From a virus: a stretch of 64,000 nt of DNA. The notes under the pieces were generated by a model. That model had not been told where the DNA came from. It did not search any database and saw only the letters and a program-made list of their open reading frames with translations. The stretch spans positions 1-64,000 of IMG/VR virus record IMGVR_UViG_3300025892_002268, one strand, 5' to 3'. The position numbers and the translations under genes are program-made. Of this stretch, positions 27,404 to 37,604 are shown one piece after another (position 1 is the stretch's first letter; each line of letters starts with the position of its first letter).

Positions 27404-28432
27404 ATGAGGAAAACAATATTGTTGACAGGTGGTGCTGGATTTATTGCACACCATGTGGTAGAATACTTATTGAATAAAACTGATGTAAATATTATCACAC
27501 TAGACAGGCTTGATTATAGCGGGAACTTAAACAGGCTTAACGAAGTAGTTCTTTCTGCTCCAGAATCTGAAAGAAAAAGAGTAAAAACAGTATTTCATGA
27601 TCTTAAAGCAGAACTTAATCCTCAAATAATTGCAACCATTGGCAATGTTGATCAAATTGTACATTTAGCCGCTGGTAGTCATGTTGATAGAAGTATTGAT
27701 TTTCCTATGGAGTTTGTTTTAGATAATGTTATTGGAACAGCAAACATACTTGAGTTCTCACGTAAATGTGATAATTTAGAAAGATTTATTTATTTTTCTA
27801 CAGATGAAGTATTTGGTCCTGCACCAGAAGGTGTTAAATATAAAGAAAACGATAGATATAATTCTACAAATCCATATAGTGCTTCAAAAGCGGGTGGCGA
27901 AGAATTAGTAGTAGCATATGAAAACACATATAAATTACCTTGTTATGTAACTCATACCATGAATGTGTTTGGTGAAAGGCAGCATCCAGAAAAATATATA
28001 CCTATGTGCATAAAACGCACAAGAGATGGTGAAACAATTACTGTTCATAGTAATCCATCCAAAACAAAAGCTGGATCTCGTCACTACATTCATGCAGATG
28101 ACGTTGCTGACGCAATGTGGTTCTTGTTAAATTATGATGCTAGTAAAGTAAAAACGCAAGATTTTGGAGGTGCTAAATGTCCTAAGTTTAACATTGTGGG
28201 CGCAGAAGAGATGGATAATCTTGAATTAGCTAAATTTATTGCTGAGTGTCAAGATACTGTTTTGAAATATGATATGGTAGATTTTCACAGCGCTAGACCG
28301 GGACATGACTTGCGTTATGCTCTGGATGGTAGTAAGATGAAAGAAATGGGCTGGACACCTCAACCAGTAAAGGAAAGATTAAAACAAACTGTTAATTGGA
28401 CATTAGATAATAATAGGTGGTTAATCACATGA
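27404..28432 (+). CDS. rmlB: dTDP-glucose 4,6-dehydratase
   Basis: TGGAGFI, HLAAGSHVDRSI, STDEVFG, PYSASKA, RPGHDLRY. Confidence 0.9.
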   Translation: MRKTILLTGGAGFIAHHVVEYLLNKTDVNIITLDRLDYSGNLNRLNEVVLSAPESERKRVKTVFHDLKAELNPQIIATIGNVDQIVHLAAGSHVDRSIDFPMEFVLDNVIGTANILEFSRKCDNLERFIYFSTDEVFGPAPEGVKYKENDRYNSTNPYSASKAGGEELVVAYENTYKLPCYVTHTMNVFGERQHPEKYIPMCIKRTRDGETITVHSNPSKTKAGSRHYIHADDVADAMWFLLNYDASKVKTQDFGGAKCPKFNIVGAEEMDNLELAKFIAECQDTVLKYDMVDFHSARPGHDLRYALDGSKMKEMGWTPQPVKERLKQTVNWTLDNNRWLIT

Positions 28433-28543
28433 GCAATGGCAAGGGTGATAAAAGAAGACCAAAAAGTATCTCTTATGATGAATGGTCAAAAAATTATAAC
28501 AGTATATTCAGGAAAAAAGAAAAAACAAAAAAAACAAACAAAG

Positions 28544-29185
28544 ATGAGCGTTAAACTAATTTCTATTACTCCTGATGCAGAAAAAACAATAGCGTACTGC
28601 GCAAGAGTATCTAATCCTAGTAATCAAGAAAACCAAAAATATTCTAAGCTTTTAAAATATTGCATAGATCATGGTCATTGGTCTATATTTGAGATGGCAA
28701 ATATGGTTCTTGAGTTAGAAACTACTAGAGGTATTGCTGCACAAGTACTAAGACATCGTAGTTTTAGTTTTCAAGAATTTTCTCAAAGGTATGCTGATAC
28801 TTCTTATCTTAGGAGTGCTATAAACATTCCAGAACTTAGGACTCAAGATCCAAAGAATAGACAAAATAGCATAGACGATCTTGACGAAACTAAACAAGCT
28901 ATATATAATAGAAGTATGAGAGAATTGTTCTCAAGGTCTAAGGCTTTGTATGACGATATGATAAGTAATGGAGTAGCGAAGGAATGTGCAAGATTTGTAC
29001 TTCCTCTATCCACTCCAACAAAAATGTACATGAATGGAACTTTACGAAGTTGGATTCATTATATAGAATTGAGAACTGCAAACGGAACACAAAAAGAACA
29101 CATGGATTTAGCAAATAAATGTAAGAATATTTTTATTAAACAATTACCCGTAGTATCGGAGGCGTTAGGTTGGAATGTTAGATAA
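28544..29185 (+). CDS. thyX: FAD-dependent thymidylate synthase
   Basis: HWSIFE, RHRSFSFQEFSQRY, ARFVLP. Confidence 0.95.
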   Translation: MSVKLISITPDAEKTIAYCARVSNPSNQENQKYSKLLKYCIDHGHWSIFEMANMVLELETTRGIAAQVLRHRSFSFQEFSQRYADTSYLRSAINIPELRTQDPKNRQNSIDDLDETKQAIYNRSMRELFSRSKALYDDMISNGVAKECARFVLPLSTPTKMYMNGTLRSWIHYIELRTANGTQKEHMDLANKCKNIFIKQLPVVSEALGWNVR

Positions 29186-29630
29186 AGCTACAATCGAAAT
29201 AACAGATAAGCATATTAATCATGGTTATAACTCTATCAACAATGCAGATCGTGCTAGTATTAGCCCTTTGGAAATTGCTGTAGCGGAAGCATTGAAGATT
29301 GATCCAGAAAGAGTAGAAGTTAAACATGATAAAACATATATATGGATGTATGATGATTCAGACTATATGTTATATTCATACGATGAAGAATCATATGTAA
29401 AAGTATATGATTTTTTAAATGAATGGCAATTAGTATTACAAGGTGTGGAAGATGGTATTCCCACTAAATTTGAGGGTGATCTTATTACTTTTAACATAGA
29501 GGTGGATGATGATACAAGAACTCATTCCAATAATTGGCATGGAGCAAGCCTTGATTTTAGCGGGTTTGCCGACGAATTTGATGAACACAAAAAAAATCTA
29601 AAGTTTCGCTTGACAGATGACGAATATTAA
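29175..29630 (+). CDS. hypothetical acidic phage protein
   Basis: coupled ORF. Confidence 0.55.
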   Translation: MLDKATIEITDKHINHGYNSINNADRASISPLEIAVAEALKIDPERVEVKHDKTYIWMYDDSDYMLYSYDEESYVKVYDFLNEWQLVLQGVEDGIPTKFEGDLITFNIEVDDDTRTHSNNWHGASLDFSGFADEFDEHKKNLKFRLTDDEY

Positions 29631-29637
29631 TTATACT
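29610..29637 (+). promoter_or_regulatory. sigma70-like early promoter for rIIA
   Basis: CTAAAG..TTGACA-N16 (GACGAA)-TATACT. Confidence 0.75.
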
Positions 29638-29679
29638 TAAAGCAGTTGTCACACACATTTACTTTTAGGAATTAGCCAA

Positions 29680-31872
29680 ATGAAATTGCACTCAAGCACA
29701 CATGTTGTCGAAAAATCAGGAAATTTTGAAGAGAATCAGTTTAGCATTGAAGCTTCAGCGAAAGCCTTCATGATCTTGTCAGATGGTCTTTATTCAAATA
29801 AGATCTTGGCAGTAGTTCGTGAACTTTCTACTAATGCTTATGATTCTCATGTTGATGCGGGTGTGGCAGATCGTCCTTTTGAAGTTCATCTGCCCACCCG
29901 TCTCGAACCATTCTTCCATGTTCGTGACTACGGTACGAGCATGACCCATGAGCAGTGCATGACATTATATACTACGTACTTCCGCAGTACACGTAATGAT
30001 AGCAATGACGCTGTAGGTTGCCTTGGTCTTGGGAGTAAAGCACCATTTGCTTATGCTGATAGTTTCACTGTAGAAGCATTCAAGGATGGTGAGAAGCGTG
30101 TTTATGCTGCACACCGTGATAGCAATGGCAGTCCTACATTCTGCTTGATGGATACTGTACCAACAGAAGAAGAAAATGGTATCAAGGTATCACTACCAGT
30201 AGAAAAGAACGACTGTGATCGTTTTGTGCGAGAGGCTACCAAGACATATCAGTACTTCAAGGTTCGCCCAACTCTTAATGCTGAGTTGGTGTATAACACA
30301 GAACGTAGCTTACTTACAGACAAGAATGGTAAGTGGGACTTCACTACTTCTCGTAACGAGAATTTTGTAATCATGGGTCAAATTGCATATCCAATTGAAG
30401 AAGAGTCAATAGGCGATCATTATGATGATAACGATAAGGTTGCTAATTTTCTATGGAATACAAGTGGACTACGACTACACTTAAACATTGGCGATGTAGA
30501 CATTACACCAAGTCGTGAGGCGTTGTCTTACACTTCAGAGACAAAGAAGAACATTCGTAATGTTATCGAGTCTGTTATCAAGGATATCAAAGAAAGTGTA
30601 GAGGATGCAATCAAACAGCAACCTACACTATACCTTGCACGTAAAAAGTATGTTGAGATTGAACAACAGTGCCATTCTGTAAAACAAGCAATGGAAAGTC
30701 TTAATAAGGCAATCAAATGGAATGGTCAAGATATATTTGACGAGATGGTTGGCAACAAGATCAAGGTATCAAGCCTCAACCTGACGCACATACATAAGTC
30801 TGGATATCGCAGCAAGTCAGAAACAAACAAAGACCCAGAGTTTGTACCATTCCGCAAAGACACTCGTTTTGTTATAGATGATTTGCCAAGAGGTGGCATG
30901 ACTCGTATTCGCAACACGATCAAAGAAGAGCATTCCAATAGAGGTTACAGCAGTCAAGGATATGATGTATACGTCTACAAGCTACGACAAGACCTGATTG
31001 GTGGCACAGAAAAGCCATACTATTATGACGAGACACAGGACAACAACAAGCTACTAGACAAGCTTGGTGGTGCAAAGCCTGAGAACGTAGTGTTCACATC
31101 TAGTATGCCAAAACCAGAGCGTTCATCTAATAGAAGCAACTCTGTGTACTCAGCAGAGGTCAAGTGCTTCAATTGGTATGGCGACAGTGGCAAGTTTGAG
31201 TTCAGGAAAGTATCTGTCAAAGATCAAAACATGATTTACATTCCTGCTATCAAAAAGAAGAACAGGTGGGGTGATGACAAGTCTGACTGCAAACTGTCTA
31301 ACTTCCTAAGTGTATCTGATAAAGCTCTAAGTATATATCTTAACTTACTATGCAAGTATTATGGTGTGAATGTGTATGGCAAGACTATCTGCCTCATGAC
31401 TCCATCACAGATCAAGCAGCGTAAGCTAGAAGATCGCAGCAATTGGGAAGGCCCAGAGTTTATTGTGGACTACCTCAAGGCTCTAGTCAAAGACTCAGCA
31501 GAAGAGATCAGTGGTATTAGACATGCACATAGATGCTCAGATCGTAATCTACACGATGTTATCCTTGGCACTACTACTGACAATAAGGCAAAAGAAATCG
31601 TGCTTGAATTTCAGGAATACAATGATAGAATTACTAAGAATCAGAACGATCTAGATATGGTCTGGAAGCTTGGTAAAGAAATGGATATGGATAGTCTGTG
31701 GGCAGAACCAGAAGGTTTTGATCAAGACGCTAAGTATTTCAGACCACTTAAGAAAGAAATGGAGAAGTATCCTCTTCTCGATGGTATCAATACCAACAAG
31801 GTTAGTGAGCTTGACATGTCAGCTTACATTGACATGGTAGAAAATTCAAATAAAGTATTGACAAATGTTTGA
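29680..31872 (+). CDS. rIIA: RIIA-like protein (N-terminal GHKL ATPase)
   Basis: LYSNKILAVVRELSTNAYDSH, RDYG, GLGSKAPFAY, TPSREAL. Confidence 0.88.
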   Translation: MKLHSSTHVVEKSGNFEENQFSIEASAKAFMILSDGLYSNKILAVVRELSTNAYDSHVDAGVADRPFEVHLPTRLEPFFHVRDYGTSMTHEQCMTLYTTYFRSTRNDSNDAVGCLGLGSKAPFAYADSFTVEAFKDGEKRVYAAHRDSNGSPTFCLMDTVPTEEENGIKVSLPVEKNDCDRFVREATKTYQYFKVRPTLNAELVYNTERSLLTDKNGKWDFTTSRNENFVIMGQIAYPIEEESIGDHYDDNDKVANFLWNTSGLRLHLNIGDVDITPSREALSYTSETKKNIRNVIESVIKDIKESVEDAIKQQPTLYLARKKYVEIEQQCHSVKQAMESLNKAIKWNGQDIFDEMVGNKIKVSSLNLTHIHKSGYRSKSETNKDPEFVPFRKDTRFVIDDLPRGGMTRIRNTIKEEHSNRGYSSQGYDVYVYKLRQDLIGGTEKPYYYDETQDNNKLLDKLGGAKPENVVFTSSMPKPERSSNRSNSVYSAEVKCFNWYGDSGKFEFRKVSVKDQNMIYIPAIKKKNRWGDDKSDCKLSNFLSVSDKALSIYLNLLCKYYGVNVYGKTICLMTPSQIKQRKLEDRSNWEGPEFIVDYLKALVKDSAEEISGIRHAHRCSDRNLHDVILGTTTDNKAKEIVLEFQEYNDRITKNQNDLDMVWKLGKEMDMDSLWAEPEGFDQDAKYFRPLKKEMEKYPLLDGINTNKVSELDMSAYIDMVENSNKVLTNV

Positions 31873-31886
31873 CGATAAGGTATAAT
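31858..31886 (+). promoter_or_regulatory. sigma70-like early promoter for rIIB
   Basis: TTGACA-N17 (GACGAT)-TATAAT. Confidence 0.75.
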
Positions 31887-31920
31887 ACACAGGTACTAAT
31901 TTTACACACAGGAGTTTGAA

Positions 31921-32787
31921 ATGAATTACATTATTGCAAATGACGGAAACGCAACAGCGACAGTAGCAGGTGAAGTTTACACCTTTGGCAAGTCGCACCC
32001 AAGATACGAAAGACTTATTACTCATCTTAAGAATAATAATGTCGAACACTTTGAGGCATCCTACGACATTGTATCGCATGTAAATGCATATTGCGATGGA
32101 TATGCCAGCGTTGAAGATGGTAAGATGAAGTGGGATGGGATTGAGATGCCAGAGATGTTTGGTGGCACAATCCTTGATATGATCCAGCAGGGTTATCCTT
32201 TTGAGCCTATGCTTAACTTCCTTGATAACATGTCGCAGAATCCATCTGACCATGCTATTACAGAACTATTTGAGTTTATGGAAAACAAGAATATGCCTAT
32301 CACACCTGATGGACATTTCTTAGCATACAAGGCAGTAGATCCAAACTACAGAGATTTATATTCTCACACGTTTGATAACAGCGTTGGGAGTACATGTGAG
32401 GTTCCACGTACTAAAGTAAATGGAAACAGAGAGCATCACTGTGCTGCCGGACTACACGTTGGAGCGTTTGATTATGCCAAGTCGTATGGCGGGATTGACT
32501 TGGATGACAACGAAGGCGACGACGGCAACAAGCTTATGATTTGCAAGGTAAATCCACGCGATGTTGTAAGCGTACCAAACGACTGCCGTTGTCAGAAACT
32601 ACGCTGTTGTAAGTACGAGGTGGTCAGTGAGTTTGAAGACTTACTAAAGAGTGTTGTTCATATGACAAAGGACGACATTGATTACTCTAATCTTAAGAAG
32701 CGTAACGAGGAATGGATTTTTGAGGTCACTGCTAAGTTAGAGCGTATCAATAACGTTCTCAAGAAGCGTGAAGCTGTTCTTAGCTAG
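31921..32787 (+). CDS. rIIB: RIIB-like protein
   Basis: ITPDGHFLAYKAV, CAAGLHV, KVNPRDVVSVP..KLRCCKYEVV; follows rIIA. Confidence 0.9.
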   Translation: MNYIIANDGNATATVAGEVYTFGKSHPRYERLITHLKNNNVEHFEASYDIVSHVNAYCDGYASVEDGKMKWDGIEMPEMFGGTILDMIQQGYPFEPMLNFLDNMSQNPSDHAITELFEFMENKNMPITPDGHFLAYKAVDPNYRDLYSHTFDNSVGSTCEVPRTKVNGNREHHCAAGLHVGAFDYAKSYGGIDLDDNEGDDGNKLMICKVNPRDVVSVPNDCRCQKLRCCKYEVVSEFEDLLKSVVHMTKDDIDYSNLKKRNEEWIFEVTAKLERINNVLKKREAVLS

Positions 32788-32800
32788 TGGCTATAAGGAG

Positions 32801-32849
32801 GGGTGGGGCAAGTAGTGTGTGACTTGCCTCATCCCGGTCTTTGTTTTTT
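32801..32849 (+). terminator. probable intrinsic terminator
   Basis: GGGTGGGGCAAGT/ACTTGCCTCATCC stem followed by T-rich run. Confidence 0.5.
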
Positions 32850-33787
32850 ACCTTAAGGCGGTAGAAACTATGAACACAAATGTACAGGAATATTGATGTG
32901 GACGAACGATTGTTAAACATGGCAGCAAGATACTGGGACAAGAATGATCCCCTAACAGAAGAACAAGTACACTGGGTTTTAAGAGATGAAGGATACTCAA
33001 AGGACGAAATTGACAATGCGATCAGTGATTATTTCGCTATTCATATACGCTCTAACATTCTCCTTCATTATTGGATTGCACCAATTGTTCTAACAATAGT
33101 AATGATTGGCTTAGTTGTATATGTACAAAATTTAATATGGATTAATACTGGACCATGAAAAAATATATTAATTTAGATGATCAATACGTATATCTTGTTG
33201 GTCTTGAAAATGTTGACGGACAAACAACCATGACTCTTGTAGACAAAACATCACACAGTGAAAGCTATGATTGCAAAGAAGACAGATTTGCCAATACAAG
33301 TATTCATATTGACAAATATAGACTTTTAAAATTAGCAGATTTTATATACGAACATTGCAATGAAACAAACTAAAATTATTGCACTTGCAACACTTTGTTT
33401 TATTGGTATACTAATATTATTGTTATTACCAAGAAAAGAACTTACAGAGCAAGATAAAGTTAAACAATGGAGACCAAGAGATTTCTATTACATATATCAA
33501 ATGTGGACAGATAGAGATCTTATTGAATTAAAGGAAAAGATCGAACACGATGAAATGGTCAGAAATCAAGAAGTGGGCCAAGGCAAAAGGTTATAATGTC
33601 TCAAGAGAGAAGGCAGAGAATACCGATGAATATACATATGAGTACACTTGGGTTAAAGACGATGAATCATCTGGAGGTTTAGCTACAAGTGTTAAAGGTT
33701 TAGCAACTGATATATTTAATGATATAACAAATAATAAACATTTAGCACATCAATTACAATACAAGCAAGAATTTAAATGGTTTAAGA

Positions 33788-34867
33788 ATGAAAATTAATT
33801 ACGAACCCAAGCTAGACTTTGATGATGTATTATTAGTCCCACATAGAAGCAGAACTGCTTCACGCTCTGATATTAAACTGGTACGTAACTTCTCATTCTA
33901 CCATTCTGATAACGTCTGGGAAGGTGTACCAATCTTTGCTGCAAACATGGACACAACTGGAAGCCTAGCCATGTCTAAGACATTAGCTGAATATGCTATG
34001 CCAACGTGTCTGCATAAGCACTACGAGGTAGACGATCTAGTGCGTGAATTATATTACCCTGAAACTCAATGGTATAGTATAGGTATTAAAGACGCAGATA
34101 TTTTTAAACTAAATGAGTTTAAAGAGAAGTCAGGTATGAATCCTAATATATGCATAGATGTAGCCAATGGTTATACAGACGACTTTGTTGCCTTCTGCAA
34201 TAAGGTAAGAAGTCAGGTAAGTAAACATACTATTATAATGGCTGGAAATGTTTGTACACCAGAGATGGTTCAGGAATTGATCTTGCATGGTGGAGTAGAT
34301 ATTGTTAAGATAGGTATTGGACCCGGATCTGCTTGCACAACAAGATTAAAAACTGGTGTTGGATTCCCTCAGTTGTCAGCTATAATAGAGTGTAGCCATG
34401 CAGCACATGGATTACGAAATGGAGATGGAAGATTAGGATTAGTATGTGCTGATGGTGGTTGTAGAACTCCTGCCGATGTGTGCAAGGCGTTTGCTGCTGG
34501 TGCAGACTTTGTAATGCTTGGTGGCATGTTGGCTGGAACGTATGAATGCGAGGGCGATTGGCAATACGAGTGGGTGTCAGATGGTAAACATGACTATCAT
34601 CATAAGATGGTTAGAACGTCCCTAAAGTTTTACGGCATGTCTTCAAGCGAAGCGCAGTCAAAGTATGGTGGAGTGAAAGATTATAGAGCTAGTGAAGGTC
34701 GTGTAAAAGAAGTGCCATACAAAGGACCAGCAAAGGATATTGTATTAGATGTATTGGGTGGACTTAGAAGTGCCTGTGCATATATTGGAGCAACTAAACT
34801 AAAAGATATGAACAAGTGTGCAGAATTTAATTTAGTAAATAGAACTCATTTTGACCAGAGTATGTAA
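33788..34867 (+). CDS. guaC: GMP reductase
   Basis: LDFDDVLL, AANMDT, DVANGY, GIGPGSACTTR, ADGG, FYGMSS, YRASEG. Confidence 0.92.
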   Translation: MKINYEPKLDFDDVLLVPHRSRTASRSDIKLVRNFSFYHSDNVWEGVPIFAANMDTTGSLAMSKTLAEYAMPTCLHKHYEVDDLVRELYYPETQWYSIGIKDADIFKLNEFKEKSGMNPNICIDVANGYTDDFVAFCNKVRSQVSKHTIIMAGNVCTPEMVQELILHGGVDIVKIGIGPGSACTTRLKTGVGFPQLSAIIECSHAAHGLRNGDGRLGLVCADGGCRTPADVCKAFAAGADFVMLGGMLAGTYECEGDWQYEWVSDGKHDYHHKMVRTSLKFYGMSSSEAQSKYGGVKDYRASEGRVKEVPYKGPAKDIVLDVLGGLRSACAYIGATKLKDMNKCAEFNLVNRTHFDQSM

Positions 34868-35025
34868 TGACATTACCAGCAATAATTATTTCTACACTAT
34901 GTTACATCTGGACATCTACCTGTTGTATTATAGGTCGTGACTATCCACACGCTTTAATGTGGTTCGCATACGCTTTAGCAAACTTAGGATTACTTTGGTA
35001 TGAATTCAATAAAATGGGACAATAG
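34867..35025 (+). CDS. small membrane protein (52 aa, below ORF-track cutoff)
   Basis: ATG overlaps guaC stop; MTLPAIIISTLCYIW..MWFAYALANLGLLW. Confidence 0.5.
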   Translation: MTLPAIIISTLCYIWTSTCCIIGRDYPHALMWFAYALANLGLLWYEFNKMGQ

Positions 35026-35446
35026 ATTTCTTGAGTTAGCCAAACTAGTCGGATCGTGGTCGAAAGATCCGTCAACTCAAGTGGGTGCTGTAATAGTAGA
35101 TAGTAATAATAGAATTGTGTCTATTGGTTTCAATGGTTTGCCTCAAGGGGTTGTGGATTCTGAAGAAAGGTTAGTTGACAGAGAGGCTAAATACCATATA
35201 ATTGTACATGCAGAAGCAAACGCTCTTATGTTTGCCAATAAGTCAGTAGAAGGCTGTACATTATACACTTGGCCTTTTCAGCCATGTTCAAGATGTGCTG
35301 GTCTGATTATACAATCTGGTATCAACAGGGTGGTTTCAGTAGTACACTCTGAAGAGAGGTGGAAAAAAAATTTCTCAATCGCATACGATCTGCTTAATGA
35401 AGCAGGGGTAAAAGTTAGCTTAACAAATGGAATAGAGTGGACATGA
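35000..35446 (+). CDS. dCMP deaminase
   Basis: SKDPSTQVGAVI, HAEANA, PCSRC. Confidence 0.92.
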   Translation: MNSIKWDNRFLELAKLVGSWSKDPSTQVGAVIVDSNNRIVSIGFNGLPQGVVDSEERLVDREAKYHIIVHAEANALMFANKSVEGCTLYTWPFQPCSRCAGLIIQSGINRVVSVVHSEERWKKNFSIAYDLLNEAGVKVSLTNGIEWT

Positions 35447-35864
35447 GTTACGACAAAGATTATATAGACGAGCAGAGGAAAAAATCTATAGAAACTTTAG
35501 TTGCTGATTGTTATATGGCACACCAAGAAGCTATAATAGTTCAGCTGATATATCGACTTGAAAAAGAATACCGAGAACTTGCCGCTCTCGCTAGCTTAGG
35601 AGAATATCAGGAAACTTGGACGCATAAAAAATTGTTAGATTATGTTACTTATGAAACTTAAAAGGAGAAGATATGCCAACAGTAAAAGAAATGGCTGAAT
35701 CGCATCTTGGGAATGTACAGAAAGCGATAGCTGATTTAGAAACGCAAAAAAACCAAATTGATGATGAGATTAAAAAATTACAATCTTATCTGGCAGAAGG
35801 TATCAGTACTTTAGGTGGTGATGAGAATGTTTCCAAGGAAAATAATTAAAAGGAGAAGTGTAAA

Positions 35865-36182
35865 ATGAATAATGTTGATTTTTTTACAAGATTGTACAAC
35901 GTAGCAGATGCATATCATTGGGATATTAATGACAAGAAGGTCACTGCTACATTTCAAAGTGGACCACATCGTGGAGAAACCTTGAATCCAATCACAGCAT
36001 TGGCTCACAAGTCTGGACTTGGTGTTTTTAATAACACAAGAGAAGGAACACAAAATGCAGCAAGTGCTTTGGGAATTTCTAGAACTTTTGCTAGAAATGT
36101 TTACAGTGCTACCATCGGTAGTAATAATCGTGGGAATACGCAAGTGCTTCGTGGAAAAATTCGTTCAGCTTTGGAGGTATAG
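35865..36182 (+). CDS. hypothetical phage protein
   Basis: AAGGAG RBS. Confidence 0.6.
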   Translation: MNNVDFFTRLYNVADAYHWDINDKKVTATFQSGPHRGETLNPITALAHKSGLGVFNNTREGTQNAASALGISRTFARNVYSATIGSNNRGNTQVLRGKIRSALEV

Positions 36183-36527
36183 ATGAATATTAATACTTGG
36201 TTGGGGTGTGGTAGGTTAACTAAAGATGCAGATTTTAACGTTACCCAAAAGGGTACGTCTATGGCTAAATTTCGCATGGCTGTAAACGATAGGCGTAATG
36301 ACGACACTTTGTATCTGAATGTTTTGTGTTTTGGCAAGATGGCTGAAGCGCTCAAAGAACATTTGACTAGAGGTAGACTAGTGGGAGTTCAAGGTAAAAT
36401 CAAGATTGACGACTACCAAGACAAGGAAGGTAATCCAAGAAATTCTGTTTGTGTTATGGCAGATGAAATTTCTTTGGGGCCATCTCCCAATAGTAATAGT
36501 GAAACGACAACAAAAGAAAATAATTAA
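36183..36527 (+). CDS. ssb: single-stranded DNA-binding protein
   Basis: GRLTKD, FRMAVN, FGKMAE, G.LVGVQG. Confidence 0.9.
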   Translation: MNINTWLGCGRLTKDADFNVTQKGTSMAKFRMAVNDRRNDDTLYLNVLCFGKMAEALKEHLTRGRLVGVQGKIKIDDYQDKEGNPRNSVCVMADEISLGPSPNSNSETTTKENN

Positions 36528-36578
36528 CATTTAGTCTCAATTATTAATATTTATTAATATTTAGCGAGTATTGTTGAT
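36523..36578 (+). ncRNA. TTTA dual-strand hairpin unit 5
   Basis: ATTAACA/TGTTGAT; strands TTTAGTCTCAAT and TTTAGCGAGTAT; inner TATTAATA-TT-TATTAATA. Confidence 0.75.
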
Positions 36579-36633
36579 AACTTTTAGCCGCAATGATTAC
36601 TTAATAGTTACCTTTAGTGCGCATAGTTGTCAA
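36574..36633 (+). ncRNA. TTTA dual-strand hairpin unit 6 (tandem with unit 5)
   Basis: TTGATAACT/AGTTGTCAA; strands TTTAGCCGCAAT and TTTAGTGCGCAT. Confidence 0.75.
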
Positions 36634-36634
36634 G

Positions 36635-36668
36635 AACCCTCAACAGAACTCCTGTTGGGGGTTTTTTT
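36635..36668 (+). terminator. intrinsic terminator
   Basis: AACCCTCAACAG-loop-CTGTTGGGGGTT + T run. Confidence 0.8.
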
Positions 36669-36682
36669 CTAAAGAAGTTACC

Positions 36683-36710
36683 TTGACATTGACGATAACT
36701 GTGTTATAAT
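36683..36710 (+). promoter_or_regulatory. sigma70-like promoter
   Basis: CTAAAG..TTGACA-N16 (GACGAT)-TATAAT. Confidence 0.82.
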
Positions 36711-36729
36711 GGTGTAAAGGAGAAAAGTT

Positions 36730-37068
36730 ATGGGACATGAAGACACAGTACTTAGCCAATTAATTGCGTTTGCAATGCTTGTGTTAGCCGTTTATCATTT
36801 TTGCAAAGGTTATAGCAAGGGTTCAAAAATTGACTTGGATAATATAGAAATTTTTAGAGTACAACCTATACAACAACCTCAAGAGTTTAAAGCAACAGTT
36901 AAAGCAAAAGTTAAACCAGCATACAGTGACTTTCAACTGGAATGTCTTGCTGCTTTAGAGGCTATTGGTTATAAAACTAAAAAGGAAAGAGTTTTCATAT
37001 TACACTCTGTGTTCAATGAACACAATCCTTCAACAGTACAAGACTTTATAGCAAAGGTATACAAATGA
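36730..37068 (+). CDS. hypothetical membrane protein
   Basis: N-terminal TM; AAGGAG RBS. Confidence 0.55.
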   Translation: MGHEDTVLSQLIAFAMLVLAVYHFCKGYSKGSKIDLDNIEIFRVQPIQQPQEFKATVKAKVKPAYSDFQLECLAALEAIGYKTKKERVFILHSVFNEHNPSTVQDFIAKVYK

Positions 37069-37604
37069 ACAACGTAAAAGGTATGAGGACGTATTTAGCT
37101 GGGGCTATGGACAGAGTTATTGACGGTGGAGTTGGCTGGAGAAATGCGATTACTCCAATGCTAAAAGAGTTAAAAATTGATGTTATAGACCCATGCGATA
37201 AGCCTATTGAGTCAGCAAAGGAAGGTCCAGACACTAGAACTATTATAAATTATTACAAAGAAACTGGACAGTTTAATAAGATTAGAGAAGAGTATGGTCA
37301 TATAAGAAACGCTGATCTACGCTGTGTAGATGTTTCTGATTTTATTATTGCTCACATTGATATCAACGTTCACATGTGCGGATCATACGAAGAAATATCT
37401 ACAGCAAACAGGCAAAAGAAGCCGATACTAGTATGGTGCGAACAAGGTAAAATGCTAGCACCTAATTGGTTGTTTTTTATGCTGCCTCATGAGCATATAT
37501 TTAGTTCTATGGATCAATTATTAGCTTATTTATATGATGTGTCTAGGTGTGAAGATACGGCTAAACTAAAACGATGGTTCTTCTTTGACAAGAAAGTTGT
37601 ATAA
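37065..37604 (+). CDS. nucleoside 2-deoxyribosyltransferase-like protein
   Basis: YLAGAM..WR, D..VD.SD, GSYEE. Confidence 0.7.
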   Translation: MNNVKGMRTYLAGAMDRVIDGGVGWRNAITPMLKELKIDVIDPCDKPIESAKEGPDTRTIINYYKETGQFNKIREEYGHIRNADLRCVDVSDFIIAHIDINVHMCGSYEEISTANRQKKPILVWCEQGKMLAPNWLFFMLPHEHIFSSMDQLLAYLYDVSRCEDTAKLKRWFFFDKKVV

